Assembly: GCA_049663805.1 (NCBI GenBank)
Contig: JBATEB010000195.1
Span: 1 to 55,356 of the forward strand
Source of the DNA: Burkholderiales bacterium
Lineage (GTDB): Bacteria > Pseudomonadota > Gammaproteobacteria > Burkholderiales > SG8-39
Length of the DNA: 55,356 bases
Direction of reading: 5' to 3'
This document shows positions 47,602-55,356 of the stretch, in pieces (positions within the stretch are counted from its first letter, which is position 1; each line of letters starts with the position of its first letter). A model generated the notes under the pieces. It did not search any database. It was not told the origin of the DNA and saw only the letters and a list, made by a program, of their open reading frames with translations. A program made the translations under genes and the position numbers.

Positions 47602-48018
47602 ATGACCGAAACCACGAGAATAGCGGCGCTGGCTGTGCTCTTGCTCTCCGGTTGCGTCACTCCGGGAGCCGATCTTGCCGGGGCGAGAGACAGCTGGAAC
47701 GGTGCCGCGTACGACGAGGTGGTGTTGCGCTGGGGCACGCCGGTTCGCAGCACCAAGCTCACCGATGGTCGCGACGTGTACACCTGGGTGTCCGAAGGGG
47801 CCGCCACCCGGGGGAGCGTCTACCCGTCGATCGGCATCTCGGGCGGCAGCGGGGGGGTTGGGATCGGTACCGGCGTGATTTTTGCTTCAGGAGGGGGGGA
47901 AAGCGTGCGCTGCGAACGCACGCTGATTTTCAAGGAGGGGCGCGTGGTGGAGCAGAACTGGCAGGGGCCCGAGGAATTCTGCGCAGGATTTCGCCGGGGT
48001 ACGCCACCCGCCCGTTAG
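47602..48018 (+). CDS. Small lipoprotein with central Gly-rich segment, function unknown
   Basis: It has a lipobox (ALAVLLLSGC), a GGGGAT Shine-Dalgarno, a Gly-rich core (GISGGSGGVGIGTGVIFASGGG) and two Cys in the C-terminal third. It lies 18 nt after the ACAD stop and 13 nt before the kinase start. Confidence 0.6.
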   Translation: MTETTRIAALAVLLLSGCVTPGADLAGARDSWNGAAYDEVVLRWGTPVRSTKLTDGRDVYTWVSEGAATRGSVYPSIGISGGSGGVGIGTGVIFASGGGESVRCERTLIFKEGRVVEQNWQGPEEFCAGFRRGTPPAR

Positions 48019-48031
48019 GGACCGATAGAAC

Positions 48032-50128
48032 GTGGCCGGCCCGCAAACCCTAGGTCGCTACCAGATCGAGCGAGTCCTCGGCAAGGGGGCGATGGGCGTC
48101 GTCTACGAGGCGCTCGATCCCAAGCTTCACCGCAAAGTCGCGATCAAGACCATTCTGATCAGCCAGCTCGACGAGGAAACCGCGAAGGATTTCTCGATGC
48201 GGTTCGTGCGCGAGGCGCACGCCGTGGCGCGGCTGAATCACCCGAACATCGTCCAAGTCTACGATTTCGGCGAGGAAGGCGAAGTCGCGTACCTCGTGAT
48301 GGAGTTCATCCGCGGCAACGAGCTGAAGTCGGCTCTGGCCGCGAGTTCGACTTTCGACCGGACGGAATCCGTGCGCATCATGTGCGAGCTGCTCGATGCG
48401 CTCGATTTCGCGCACGAGCAAGGCGTGGTTCACCGGGACATCAAGCCCGCCAACGTCATGCTCGACACCCAGGGGCGCGTCAAGCTGACCGATTTCGGCG
48501 TGGCGCGCGTGACCGATGCGGACCGCACCAATGCCGAGCGCACACAGGCCGGCACCATGGTCGGCACACCCGCCTACATGTCGCCGGAGCAGATACAGGG
48601 ACATCGCGTCGACCGGCGCAGCGACATCTTCTCGGCCGGCATCATCCTCTACCAGTTCCTGACCGGTCAGAAGCCGTTCACGGGCGACGGCGCGTGGACG
48701 GTTGCGAAGAAGATCATCCAGGACGAGCCGCCGACGCCTTCCTCGCTCAACGTCTCGGTGACGCCTCAGCTCGACCGGGTCGTGGCGAAGGCGCTGGCGA
48801 AGCAGCCCGAGGATCGCTATCCGACCGCGCGCGAATTTGCGGGCGCGCTGCGGAGCGCGGCGGAGGGCAAGGCCGTGGATCAGTCCTCAGAGCCCACCGT
48901 GATCGTGCCCCGCGAGGCCGAGACGCCGCAGGCGCTGCGATCGGGGGAAATGGAACTGGAGTTCTGGCGTTCCGTCAAGGACAGCGACGACCCGAACGAC
49001 TTCGAGCTCTACCTGAAGCAGTTCCCCAACGGGGTCTACGCCTCGCTCGCCGGACGCAGGGTTGCGAGGCTGCGCGGATTGCCGGTCGAGGGCGGGGGCG
49101 AGGCGAGCGACACCCGCCAGCCGCCGAGGACCGAGGTGACGGGAAGTCAGGGCAGGTTCGCGCGGGACGAAACCGCGCCCACGGTGAAGCTCGGCGCCGA
49201 GAGATCGGTCGTCGAAAGGACCCTCAAGCTCGCCGGCACGCAGGCTTCGGCTCCCGCGCGCGAAGCGGAAGCCAGACCGGCGACCCACGGAAAGCGGAGC
49301 TCGATCCTCGTTCCGGCCGTGCTGGGTTTGCTCGCAGCCGCAGGCGTCGCCGCCTACTTCGCGACGAGGCCAGGGGTGCAACCCCCGGTTGCGGCGGCGC
49401 CGGGCGTCGAGGCGGCCGGGAAGATCAAGGAGGACGAGGCCCGGGCGAAGCGCGAAGCCGAGGCCAGGACTCAACAGGAGGCGGCGGAGAAGGCGCGAAG
49501 CGAGGCCGAGCTTCAGGCCAGGCGCGAGGCCGAGGCAAGAACACAGCGGGAATCTCAGGCAAGAGCGGAGCGCGAAGCGGGGCAGAGGGCGCAACGTGAG
49601 GCCGAATTGCGGGCCAAGGCCGAGGCCGAACTGCAGGCGCAACGGGAAGCCGAAGCTCGTACCAGGAGTGCGGCCGAAGCGTCCAAGCGCGAGGCGGCCC
49701 TTCGAGCCAGACGGGAGGCTGAAGCGACTGCGAAGCGTGAAGCCGAGGTGAGGGCGAGGCGTGATTCCGAGGTGAAGGCGAAGCGTGAAGCCGAGGCGAA
49801 GGCGCAGGCCGAGACCAGGGCTAGACTCGCCGCGGAATCCTCATTCTGGGATTCGATCAAGAACAGCAAGACCGCCGCGGACTACCAGAAGTATCTGGAT
49901 CAATACCCCAGGGGCCGGTATGCGGATCTGGCGCGCAAGCAAATTGCGGCCCTCGAGAAGGCGCGGCTGGAAGAAGCCAGGCGTGTCGAAGCCGAAAAGG
50001 TCAAAGCAGACACGCAAAAGCGCACCGAGGAAGAGCGGGCGCGGGCGGCGACGCGAGAAGCCGACGCAGCCAAGAGGAAAAACGCGGCGGCAAAAAATCG
50101 GTCGACTATCGTTCCACCGACCTTCTGA
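48032..50128 (+). CDS. Hanks-type Ser/Thr protein kinase with single TM and Arg/Glu/Ala-rich C-terminal extracytoplasmic domain
   Basis: GTG start. It has a G-loop (GKGAMGVVY), VAIK, a catalytic loop (HRDIKPANV), DFG and TPAYMSPE. A TM is predicted at about aa 425-445 (ILVPAVLGLLAAAGVAAYFAT). This is followed by a ~130-aa REAEA-type charged repeat and a second copy of a 37-aa FW..K.S...YL.Q.P.G.YA.LA motif. Confidence 0.88.
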   Translation: MAGPQTLGRYQIERVLGKGAMGVVYEALDPKLHRKVAIKTILISQLDEETAKDFSMRFVREAHAVARLNHPNIVQVYDFGEEGEVAYLVMEFIRGNELKSALAASSTFDRTESVRIMCELLDALDFAHEQGVVHRDIKPANVMLDTQGRVKLTDFGVARVTDADRTNAERTQAGTMVGTPAYMSPEQIQGHRVDRRSDIFSAGIILYQFLTGQKPFTGDGAWTVAKKIIQDEPPTPSSLNVSVTPQLDRVVAKALAKQPEDRYPTAREFAGALRSAAEGKAVDQSSEPTVIVPREAETPQALRSGEMELEFWRSVKDSDDPNDFELYLKQFPNGVYASLAGRRVARLRGLPVEGGGEASDTRQPPRTEVTGSQGRFARDETAPTVKLGAERSVVERTLKLAGTQASAPAREAEARPATHGKRSSILVPAVLGLLAAAGVAAYFATRPGVQPPVAAAPGVEAAGKIKEDEARAKREAEARTQQEAAEKARSEAELQARREAEARTQRESQARAEREAGQRAQREAELRAKAEAELQAQREAEARTRSAAEASKREAALRARREAEATAKREAEVRARRDSEVKAKREAEAKAQAETRARLAAESSFWDSIKNSKTAADYQKYLDQYPRGRYADLARKQIAALEKARLEEARRVEAEKVKADTQKRTEEERARAATREADAAKRKNAAAKNRSTIVPPTF
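49421..49838 (+). repeat. Degenerate coding repeat (REAEA-type, Arg/Glu/Ala/Gln-rich predicted helix) inside the kinase gene
   Basis: There are seven [KRQ]REAE[AVL] units (KREAEA, RREAEA, QREAEL, QREAEA, RREAEA, KREAEV, KREAEA). At the DNA level these are imperfect CG(C/T)GA(A/G)GCCGAGG units. Confidence 0.85.
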
Positions 50129-50162
50129 GAAAGAGGATGCTCGGGCGTCGAGTGAGCTCGGA

Positions 50163-50939
50163 TCAGAACTGATAGCCGAGCCTGACCCCGCCGCTGAGGA
50201 TCTTTTCGGTGACCGTATACGGCGGCGCGGTGGGAGTGGCGGCAGCGACTCCGAAGTCGAACTTGTACTGCTGGTATCGCAAGTCCGCGGTGACTCCCAA
50301 TGACTCGGATATCTTGTAGGTATAGGCGCCGCCCAGGCTGAAGCCGATTGTAGTGTCGGCGTCGTTGTCGAACACGTTGTCGTCTTTCCAGTTACCCTTC
50401 ATGCCGGCGATGGCAAGGCTGCCGCTGAACTGGCCACCCAGCGCGGGAACGCCTGCTCCCGCACCCAGGAAGATCCCATTGCTCTCAAAAATATCCTTTG
50501 AAAAGAGAAACACACCCTGAGGTGCCGAAAGGGTCGTCTTCCCATGGGTGTAGCCGCCAAATCCGGAGATACTTACGCCCCCGGAAAGCACATGAATGTA
50601 GCCTCCGGTCAGCGTGTAGGAGTCGCGCGTAAACTTCTGCTTGTCGCTCACCGTGTCGTCCCACAGGTCGTGCTTGGCGCTCAGGCTTTTCTGCCCGGAT
50701 AAGTCCACATAGATCCCGCGAGGCGATACCCAGGTTAGACCGAGATTCGCAGCGAAGTAGCTTGATTTCGCGGTCTTGTCGGCGTAGGGGGCATTGTTGT
50801 CAAAGGAAATGCGGTAGATTGTCGGCGCCAGGCCGGCATATACGCGGAATACTCCGCTCTGGGCTTGCACTGCGGTGGCCAGAAAGATCCCGGCAACGCC
50901 GGAAAGCACCGCGCACGCCCCAAGCTTGTTTGTTGTCAT
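50163..50939 (-). CDS. Outer-membrane beta-barrel protein (small porin/OmpW-size class), function unknown
   Basis: It has a signal peptide ending AVQA-QS, alternating hydrophobic/polar beta-strand pattern with Gly/Tyr-rich strands, and a C-terminal GVRLGYQF (terminal Phe OMP signature). 258 aa. Confidence 0.75.
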   Translation of the reverse strand: MTTNKLGACAVLSGVAGIFLATAVQAQSGVFRVYAGLAPTIYRISFDNNAPYADKTAKSSYFAANLGLTWVSPRGIYVDLSGQKSLSAKHDLWDDTVSDKQKFTRDSYTLTGGYIHVLSGGVSISGFGGYTHGKTTLSAPQGVFLFSKDIFESNGIFLGAGAGVPALGGQFSGSLAIAGMKGNWKDDNVFDNDADTTIGFSLGGAYTYKISESLGVTADLRYQQYKFDFGVAAATPTAPPYTVTEKILSGGVRLGYQF

Positions 50940-51020
50940 GGTTGTGACTCCCCTGGTTGTGGGAATTGTGTCAGTTTTGCCCCGAAATGGGAATGCGGAT
51001 GCGGAGGCCGCCTCGGGACA

Positions 51021-51626
51021 TCACAAGGGATCCTGGCAGGCCGCGATCAGCCGATGGAACGCCGCCCGAGCTCGTTCGAAGGCCCGCGAATCCCGAAGCA
51101 ACCGGTGGTCGTGATGCGCTGCGAGGACGGCACCGAAGATCTCGAAGGTCAACTGCCAGGGATCGGTGTCCGAAGGAAGCTGCCCCTCCTCGATGGCGCC
51201 CCGGATCAGCTTCGCGATGGCGCCTCGCAGCTCGCGCTGGCCGGAGACCAGCAGGTCGCGCACCAGACCCGGACGGTCGTCGTACTCTACCGAGGCGGTA
51301 AGCAGCAAGCAGCCGCCCGGGGTCTCCGGGGTTCCGTCCAGCCATTGGATCCAGCGCGAGAAAAGCGCTGTGAGGCGGGGCAGGCCGGGGTCTTGCTCGA
51401 GCGCCGGACGGAACACCCGTTCGTGGAACAGGGCCTGCGCCTGGCGCAGGGTCTGGAGCTGGAGATCTTCTTTCGATCCGAAGTGGGCGAAGAGGCCGCT
51501 CTTGGAGAGTCCGAGTCTTTCGGCAAGGGCACCGATGCTGAGGCCCTCGAGCCCGACCAGGCTCGCGAAGCTAAGTGCTTCGTTGAGGATCAGCGCCTGG
51601 GTCTGTTCGCCTTTGCGCACCGGCAC
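51021..51626 (-). CDS. TetR/AcrR family transcriptional regulator
   Basis: It has an N-terminal HTH ([43 protein letters not shown]). 201 aa. Confidence 0.88.
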   Translation of the reverse strand: MPVRKGEQTQALILNEALSFASLVGLEGLSIGALAERLGLSKSGLFAHFGSKEDLQLQTLRQAQALFHERVFRPALEQDPGLPRLTALFSRWIQWLDGTPETPGGCLLLTASVEYDDRPGLVRDLLVSGQRELRGAIAKLIRGAIEEGQLPSDTDPWQLTFEIFGAVLAAHHDHRLLRDSRAFERARAAFHRLIAACQDPL

Positions 51627-51658
51627 ATGATAAGGCGAACGTTCGGCCCGCTCAATTG

Positions 51659-53302
51659 CTACATGTTCGGATAGTTCGGCCCGCCTCCTCCTTGAGGCGC
51701 GACCCAGACGATGTTCTGGAGCGGGTCCTTGATATCGCAGGTCTTGCAGTGAACGCAGTTCTGCGCGTTGATCTGGAGCCGGTCGCGGCCTTCCGGGTCC
51801 TTGACGAATTCGTACACGCCCGCCGGACAGTAGCGTTGCTCGGGACCGGAGTACTTCGCGAGGTTCACTCTCACGGGAACGGAGTCATCCTTCAGCGTCA
51901 GGTGCGAGGGCTGGTTCTCCTCGTGGTTGGTATTGGAGAGGAATACCGAGGACAGGCGGTCGAAACTGAGCCTGCCGTCGGGCCTGGGGTATTCGATCGG
52001 CCGGAACTCGGAGGCCGGCCGCGTGCACTCGTGATCGGCGTGCCGGTGGTGAAGCGTCCAGGGCACTTTCCCGCCGAACAGGGTCTGCTCGATTCCGACC
52101 ATCATCGTCCCGGGGTAGAGTCCCTTGGACATCCACTGCTTGAAGTTGCGCGCGCGGTAGAGCTCGTCGAACAGCCAGGAATTCCTGAATGCGGCCGGAT
52201 AGGCCTCGAGCTCATCGCCCGATCGCCCCGCCCGCAGGGCGGGAAAAGCGGCCTCTGCGGCGAGCATGCCCGACTTGATCGCCGCATGGCTCCCCTTGAT
52301 GCGCGAGGCATTCAGGAAGCCTGCGTCATCGCCGATCAGCGCCCCGCCGGCAAAAACCAGCTTGGGCAGGGACATCATGCCGCCGGCGGCGATGGCGCGA
52401 GCCCCGTAGGCGAGGCGTTTGCCGCCTTCGAGAAAGGCCCGGATGCGCGGGTGCGTCTTGTAGCGCTGAAATTCCTCGTAGGGACTGAGATAGGGATTGG
52501 CGTAGGCGAGCCCGACGACGAAGCCCACCGAGACCAGATTGTCTTCCATGTGATAGAGGAAGGAGCCGCCATAGGTGGAGGGGGACAGCGGCCAGCCGGC
52601 GGAATGGACGACCAGACCCGGGTGGTGCCTTTCCGGCTCGATTTGCCAGAGTTCCTTCAAGCCGATCCCGTACACTTGGGGATCGGAGTCGGCATCGAGC
52701 CGGTAGCGCTCGATCAGCTGCCTGCCGAGGTGTCCGCGGCAACCTTCGGCGAAGAAAACGTACTTGCCCAGCAACTCGATGCCGGGCTGGTACTGGGCGC
52801 TGGGCTTGCCGTCGCGTCCCACTCCCATGTCGCCGGTGGCCACGCCTCTGACGGCGCCGCGTTCGTCGTAAAGAACCTCGCTTGCGGCGAAGCCGGGATA
52901 GATTTCGACGCCCAGGCTTTCCGCCTGTCCGCCGAGCCAGCGGCACAGGCCTCCGAGGCTGATCACGAAGTTGCCGTGATTCCTGAAGCATTCGGGAAGG
53001 AGGAATTGCGGCACCCCGAACGAGCCCGACTCGGTGAGAAAGAGGAACCGGTCCTCGCTCACCGGCGTTCTGAGCGGAGCGTCCAGGTCCTTCCATTTGG
53101 GGAAGAGTTCCTCGAGCGCGCGCGGATCCATGACCGCCCCGGAAAGAATATGCGCGCCGACTTCCGATCCCTTTTCGACGACACAGACACCCAGATCGAA
53201 GGCTTTTTCCGCGGCGAGCTGTTTCAGGCGGATCGCGGCGGCGAGCCCCGCCGGTCCGGCGCCGACGACGACCACGTCGTACTGCATCGTTTCCCGTGCC
53301 AT
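51659..53302 (-). CDS. Electron-transferring-flavoprotein:ubiquinone oxidoreductase (ETF-QO)
   Basis: Contains [19 protein letters not shown] (FAD) and a C-terminal 4Fe-4S ferredoxin-like motif (YCPAGVYEF...[13 protein letters not shown]). 547 aa. Confidence 0.93.
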   Translation of the reverse strand: MARETMQYDVVVVGAGPAGLAAAIRLKQLAAEKAFDLGVCVVEKGSEVGAHILSGAVMDPRALEELFPKWKDLDAPLRTPVSEDRFLFLTESGSFGVPQFLLPECFRNHGNFVISLGGLCRWLGGQAESLGVEIYPGFAASEVLYDERGAVRGVATGDMGVGRDGKPSAQYQPGIELLGKYVFFAEGCRGHLGRQLIERYRLDADSDPQVYGIGLKELWQIEPERHHPGLVVHSAGWPLSPSTYGGSFLYHMEDNLVSVGFVVGLAYANPYLSPYEEFQRYKTHPRIRAFLEGGKRLAYGARAIAAGGMMSLPKLVFAGGALIGDDAGFLNASRIKGSHAAIKSGMLAAEAAFPALRAGRSGDELEAYPAAFRNSWLFDELYRARNFKQWMSKGLYPGTMMVGIEQTLFGGKVPWTLHHRHADHECTRPASEFRPIEYPRPDGRLSFDRLSSVFLSNTNHEENQPSHLTLKDDSVPVRVNLAKYSGPEQRYCPAGVYEFVKDPEGRDRLQINAQNCVHCKTCDIKDPLQNIVWVAPQGGGGPNYPNM

Positions 53303-53367
53303 GTTCTCCCGTTCCGGTTCCGAGGGCGAGCCAGCTCAAATTATAATGGCCGAAACCGGGGGAGAAC
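53303..53367. promoter_or_regulatory. Divergent control region: inverted repeat flanking a palindromic ATTATAAT
   Basis: GTTCTCCC(GTT)CCGGTT (53303-53319) pairs with AACCGGGGGAGAAC (53354-53367). ATTATAAT at 53340-53347 reads TATAAT on both strands. Confidence 0.45.
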
Positions 53368-53371
53368 GTCC

Positions 53372-55339
53372 ATGGCCGAAATACCGCTCTGGGAGCCGAG
53401 CGCACAGCGCATCGAGGCGGCGAAGCTGACGCGCTTCGCGCGCCTGGCGGTCCGCGACTGGAAGCTCGGGATCAACAACTATCCTGATTTCTACCGCTGG
53501 ACCGTCGCGCATCCGGAGCAGTTCTGGGATTCGCTGTGGACGTTCGCCGACGTGCGTGCGAGCGCCAGGGGCGACCGCGTGCTGGTCGACGGCGACAGCA
53601 TGCCCGGCGCGCGCTGGTACCCGGAGGCGCGGCTCAACTTCGCGCAGAATCTGCTGCGGTGCCGCGACGCCTCGAACGCCATGGTTTTCTGGGGCGAGGA
53701 TCGCGTCAAGCGCCGCGTCACGCACGCCGAGCTCCATGAGCAGGTGTCGCGGCTGGTCCAGGCTTTGCGCACCATCGGCGTGAGCCCGGGCGACCGGGTC
53801 GTCGCCATCCTTCCGAACATGCCCGAAGCAGTGATGGTGATGCTCGCCGCAGCGAGCATCGGCGCGACGGTCTCCACCTGTTCGCCCGACTTCGGCGTGC
53901 AGGGCGTGCTCGACCGCTTCGGCCAGATCGACCCGGTGGTGCTGTTCGCGGCAGACGGCTATTACTACAACAACAGGGAAATAGACTGCCTCGAAAAGGT
54001 CCGCGGGATCGCCGCGCAGCTGCCGAGCCTGAAGCGCGTCGTCGTCGTGCCTTACTTGACGGAGCGCCCGGGCGTCGCCGCGATCCCGAACGCGCAGCGC
54101 CTAGAGGATTTCGTCTCGGACCAGCCGGGCGGAGACATTCGTTTCGAGCCGCTGCCCTTCGATCATCCCCTTTACATCCTGTTTTCCTCGGGGACGACCG
54201 GTGTTCCGAAATGCATCGTCCACGGCGCCGGCGGGGCGCTGCTGAAGCACCTGTGCGAGCACCAGCTGCACTGCGACATCAAGCCGGGCGATCGCCTGTT
54301 CTACTTCACGACGCTCGGATGGATGATGTGGAATTGGCTCGTTTCGGCGCTCGCTTCCGGCGCGACGCTGCTGCTCTACGACGGCTCGCCGTTCGCGGGA
54401 AGCGGCAACATCCTCTTCGATTTCGCCGACGCGGAGGGCATGACGCACCTCGGGACTTCCGCGAAGTTCATCGACGCCATGGCCAAGCGGGGGCTCAAGC
54501 CCGCCGAGACGCATGAGCTGAAGCACGTTCGCACCATCCTTTCCACCGGATCGCCGCTCGCTCCGGAGAGTTTCGACTACGTCTACCGGTCGGTGAAGCG
54601 CGACGTGTGCCTGTCCTCGATCTCGGGCGGCACCGACATCTGCGGCTGCTTCGTCCTCGGCAATCCGATCCTTCCGGTATGGCGGGGAGAAATTCAGTGC
54701 AAGGCGCTCGGGTTGGGTGTCGAGGTTTTCGACGAGGGCGGCCGTTCGGTAACGGGACGGAAGGGCGAGCTCGTGTGCACGCGTCCCTTCCCTTCGATGC
54801 CGGTGGGATTCTGGAACGACGCCGACGGCTCCAGGTACCGCGCGGCCTACTTCGAGCGGTTCGCGAATGTCTGGACGCACGGCGACTGGTGCGAGATCAC
54901 GCCGCACGAGGGCATGATCATTTACGGAAGATCGGATGCGGTGCTCAATCCGGGCGGCGTGCGCATCGGCACCGCCGAGATCTATCGCCAGGTGGAGCAA
55001 TTGGACGAAGTCGTGGAGTCGCTGGTCATCGGCCAGAGCTGGCCGCCGGGCGAAATCGGCGACGTGCGCGTCGTCCTGTTCGTGAAGCTCAGGGACGGTC
55101 TCGTGCTGGAGGACGCGCTCGTCGCGAAGATCAAGGACCGGATTCGCGTCAATACCACGCCGCGGCACGTGCCGGCGAAAGTCCTGCAGGTCGCCGACAT
55201 ACCTCGAACGAAGTCGAACAAGATCGTCGAGCTGGCGGTGCGTAACGTGGTGCACGGCGAGCCCGTGAGGAACCTGGAGGCGCTCGCCAACCCCGAAGCG
55301 CTGGAAAACTTCAGGAATCGCCCCGAGTTGCGCGAATAG
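53372..55339 (+). CDS. Acetoacetyl-CoA synthetase (acetoacetate-CoA ligase)
   Basis: Contains [22 protein letters not shown]...[16 protein letters not shown] and an AMP-binding motif ([16 protein letters not shown]). 655 aa. It is the 3' part of the 1227-aa ORF 51656..55339. Confidence 0.9.
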   Translation: MAEIPLWEPSAQRIEAAKLTRFARLAVRDWKLGINNYPDFYRWTVAHPEQFWDSLWTFADVRASARGDRVLVDGDSMPGARWYPEARLNFAQNLLRCRDASNAMVFWGEDRVKRRVTHAELHEQVSRLVQALRTIGVSPGDRVVAILPNMPEAVMVMLAAASIGATVSTCSPDFGVQGVLDRFGQIDPVVLFAADGYYYNNREIDCLEKVRGIAAQLPSLKRVVVVPYLTERPGVAAIPNAQRLEDFVSDQPGGDIRFEPLPFDHPLYILFSSGTTGVPKCIVHGAGGALLKHLCEHQLHCDIKPGDRLFYFTTLGWMMWNWLVSALASGATLLLYDGSPFAGSGNILFDFADAEGMTHLGTSAKFIDAMAKRGLKPAETHELKHVRTILSTGSPLAPESFDYVYRSVKRDVCLSSISGGTDICGCFVLGNPILPVWRGEIQCKALGLGVEVFDEGGRSVTGRKGELVCTRPFPSMPVGFWNDADGSRYRAAYFERFANVWTHGDWCEITPHEGMIIYGRSDAVLNPGGVRIGTAEIYRQVEQLDEVVESLVIGQSWPPGEIGDVRVVLFVKLRDGLVLEDALVAKIKDRIRVNTTPRHVPAKVLQVADIPRTKSNKIVELAVRNVVHGEPVRNLEALANPEALENFRNRPELRE

Positions 55340-55356
55340 CGGGAGCGCTGCGCGGT

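Noticed and set aside
49421-49838. Repetitive DNA that might be mistaken for a CRISPR or VNTR array
   Set aside because: The units are degenerate, have irregular spacing, lie inside an open reading frame and encode a coherent charged-helix peptide. There is no repeat-spacer organisation and there are no cas genes.
51656-53371. N-terminal 572 codons of the 1227-aa ORF that ends as acetoacetyl-CoA synthetase
   Set aside because: This part is antisense to the strongly supported ETF-QO gene and has no family resemblance. The synthetase homology begins at MAEIPLWEP (ATG 53372), which has a GGGGGAGA Shine-Dalgarno.

Overview
High-G+C (roughly two-thirds by eye) chromosomal core region with betaproteobacterial-type gene order. 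It is densely packed: about 50 protein genes, 3 tRNAs, and no intergenic gap longer than about 360 nt.

Gene content, left to right:
- thpR fragment, then envZ-ompR.
- A BKACE plus tartrate-dehydrogenase-like pair.
- tsaB-rimI-udg, then lplT/alr-radA.
- A MAPEG gene and a secreted MBL-fold hydrolase.
- The hopanoid-precursor genes hpnC-hpnD-hpnE.
- tRNA-Leu-tig-clpP-clpX-lon-hupB-tRNA-Val-tRNA-Asp-ppiD. The protein-gene order matches E. coli.
- fabI, divergent from a Yej/Dpp-type peptide ABC importer.
- mltD, then gloB / methyltransferase-rnhA-dnaQ.
- A long acyl-CoA/ETF catabolic stretch: acyl-CoA ligase, crotonase, TAXI-TRAP transporter, family III CoA-transferase, etfBA, a 603-aa acyl-CoA dehydrogenase, TetR, ETF-QO and acetoacetyl-CoA synthetase.

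I found no CRISPR array, transposase, integrase, phage genes or recognisable defence system.

Things worth a second look:
1. A lipoprotein / Hanks-type Ser/Thr kinase / OM beta-barrel trio sits inside the acyl-CoA stretch. The kinase has a TolA-like Arg/Glu/Ala-rich helical domain after its single TM. It also carries a 37-aa motif duplicated on both sides of that TM.
2. An in-frame TAG sits exactly where the Walker-B catalytic Glu of NBD1 should be in the ABC ATPase.
3. A near-consensus promoter followed about 115 nt later by a terminator-like hairpin lies in the lon-hupB spacer. This could be an sRNA or a leader.
4. A tandem 22-nt duplication forms the tRNA-Leu leader.
5. The ABC substrate-binding protein has both a lipobox and a C-terminal TM, and its partner permease has a 3-TM N-terminal extension.
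6. A compact palindromic divergent control region lies between ETF-QO and acetoacetyl-CoA synthetase.

All functional calls come from recognising protein motifs and families by eye. No database search was run. Start codons are best guesses.
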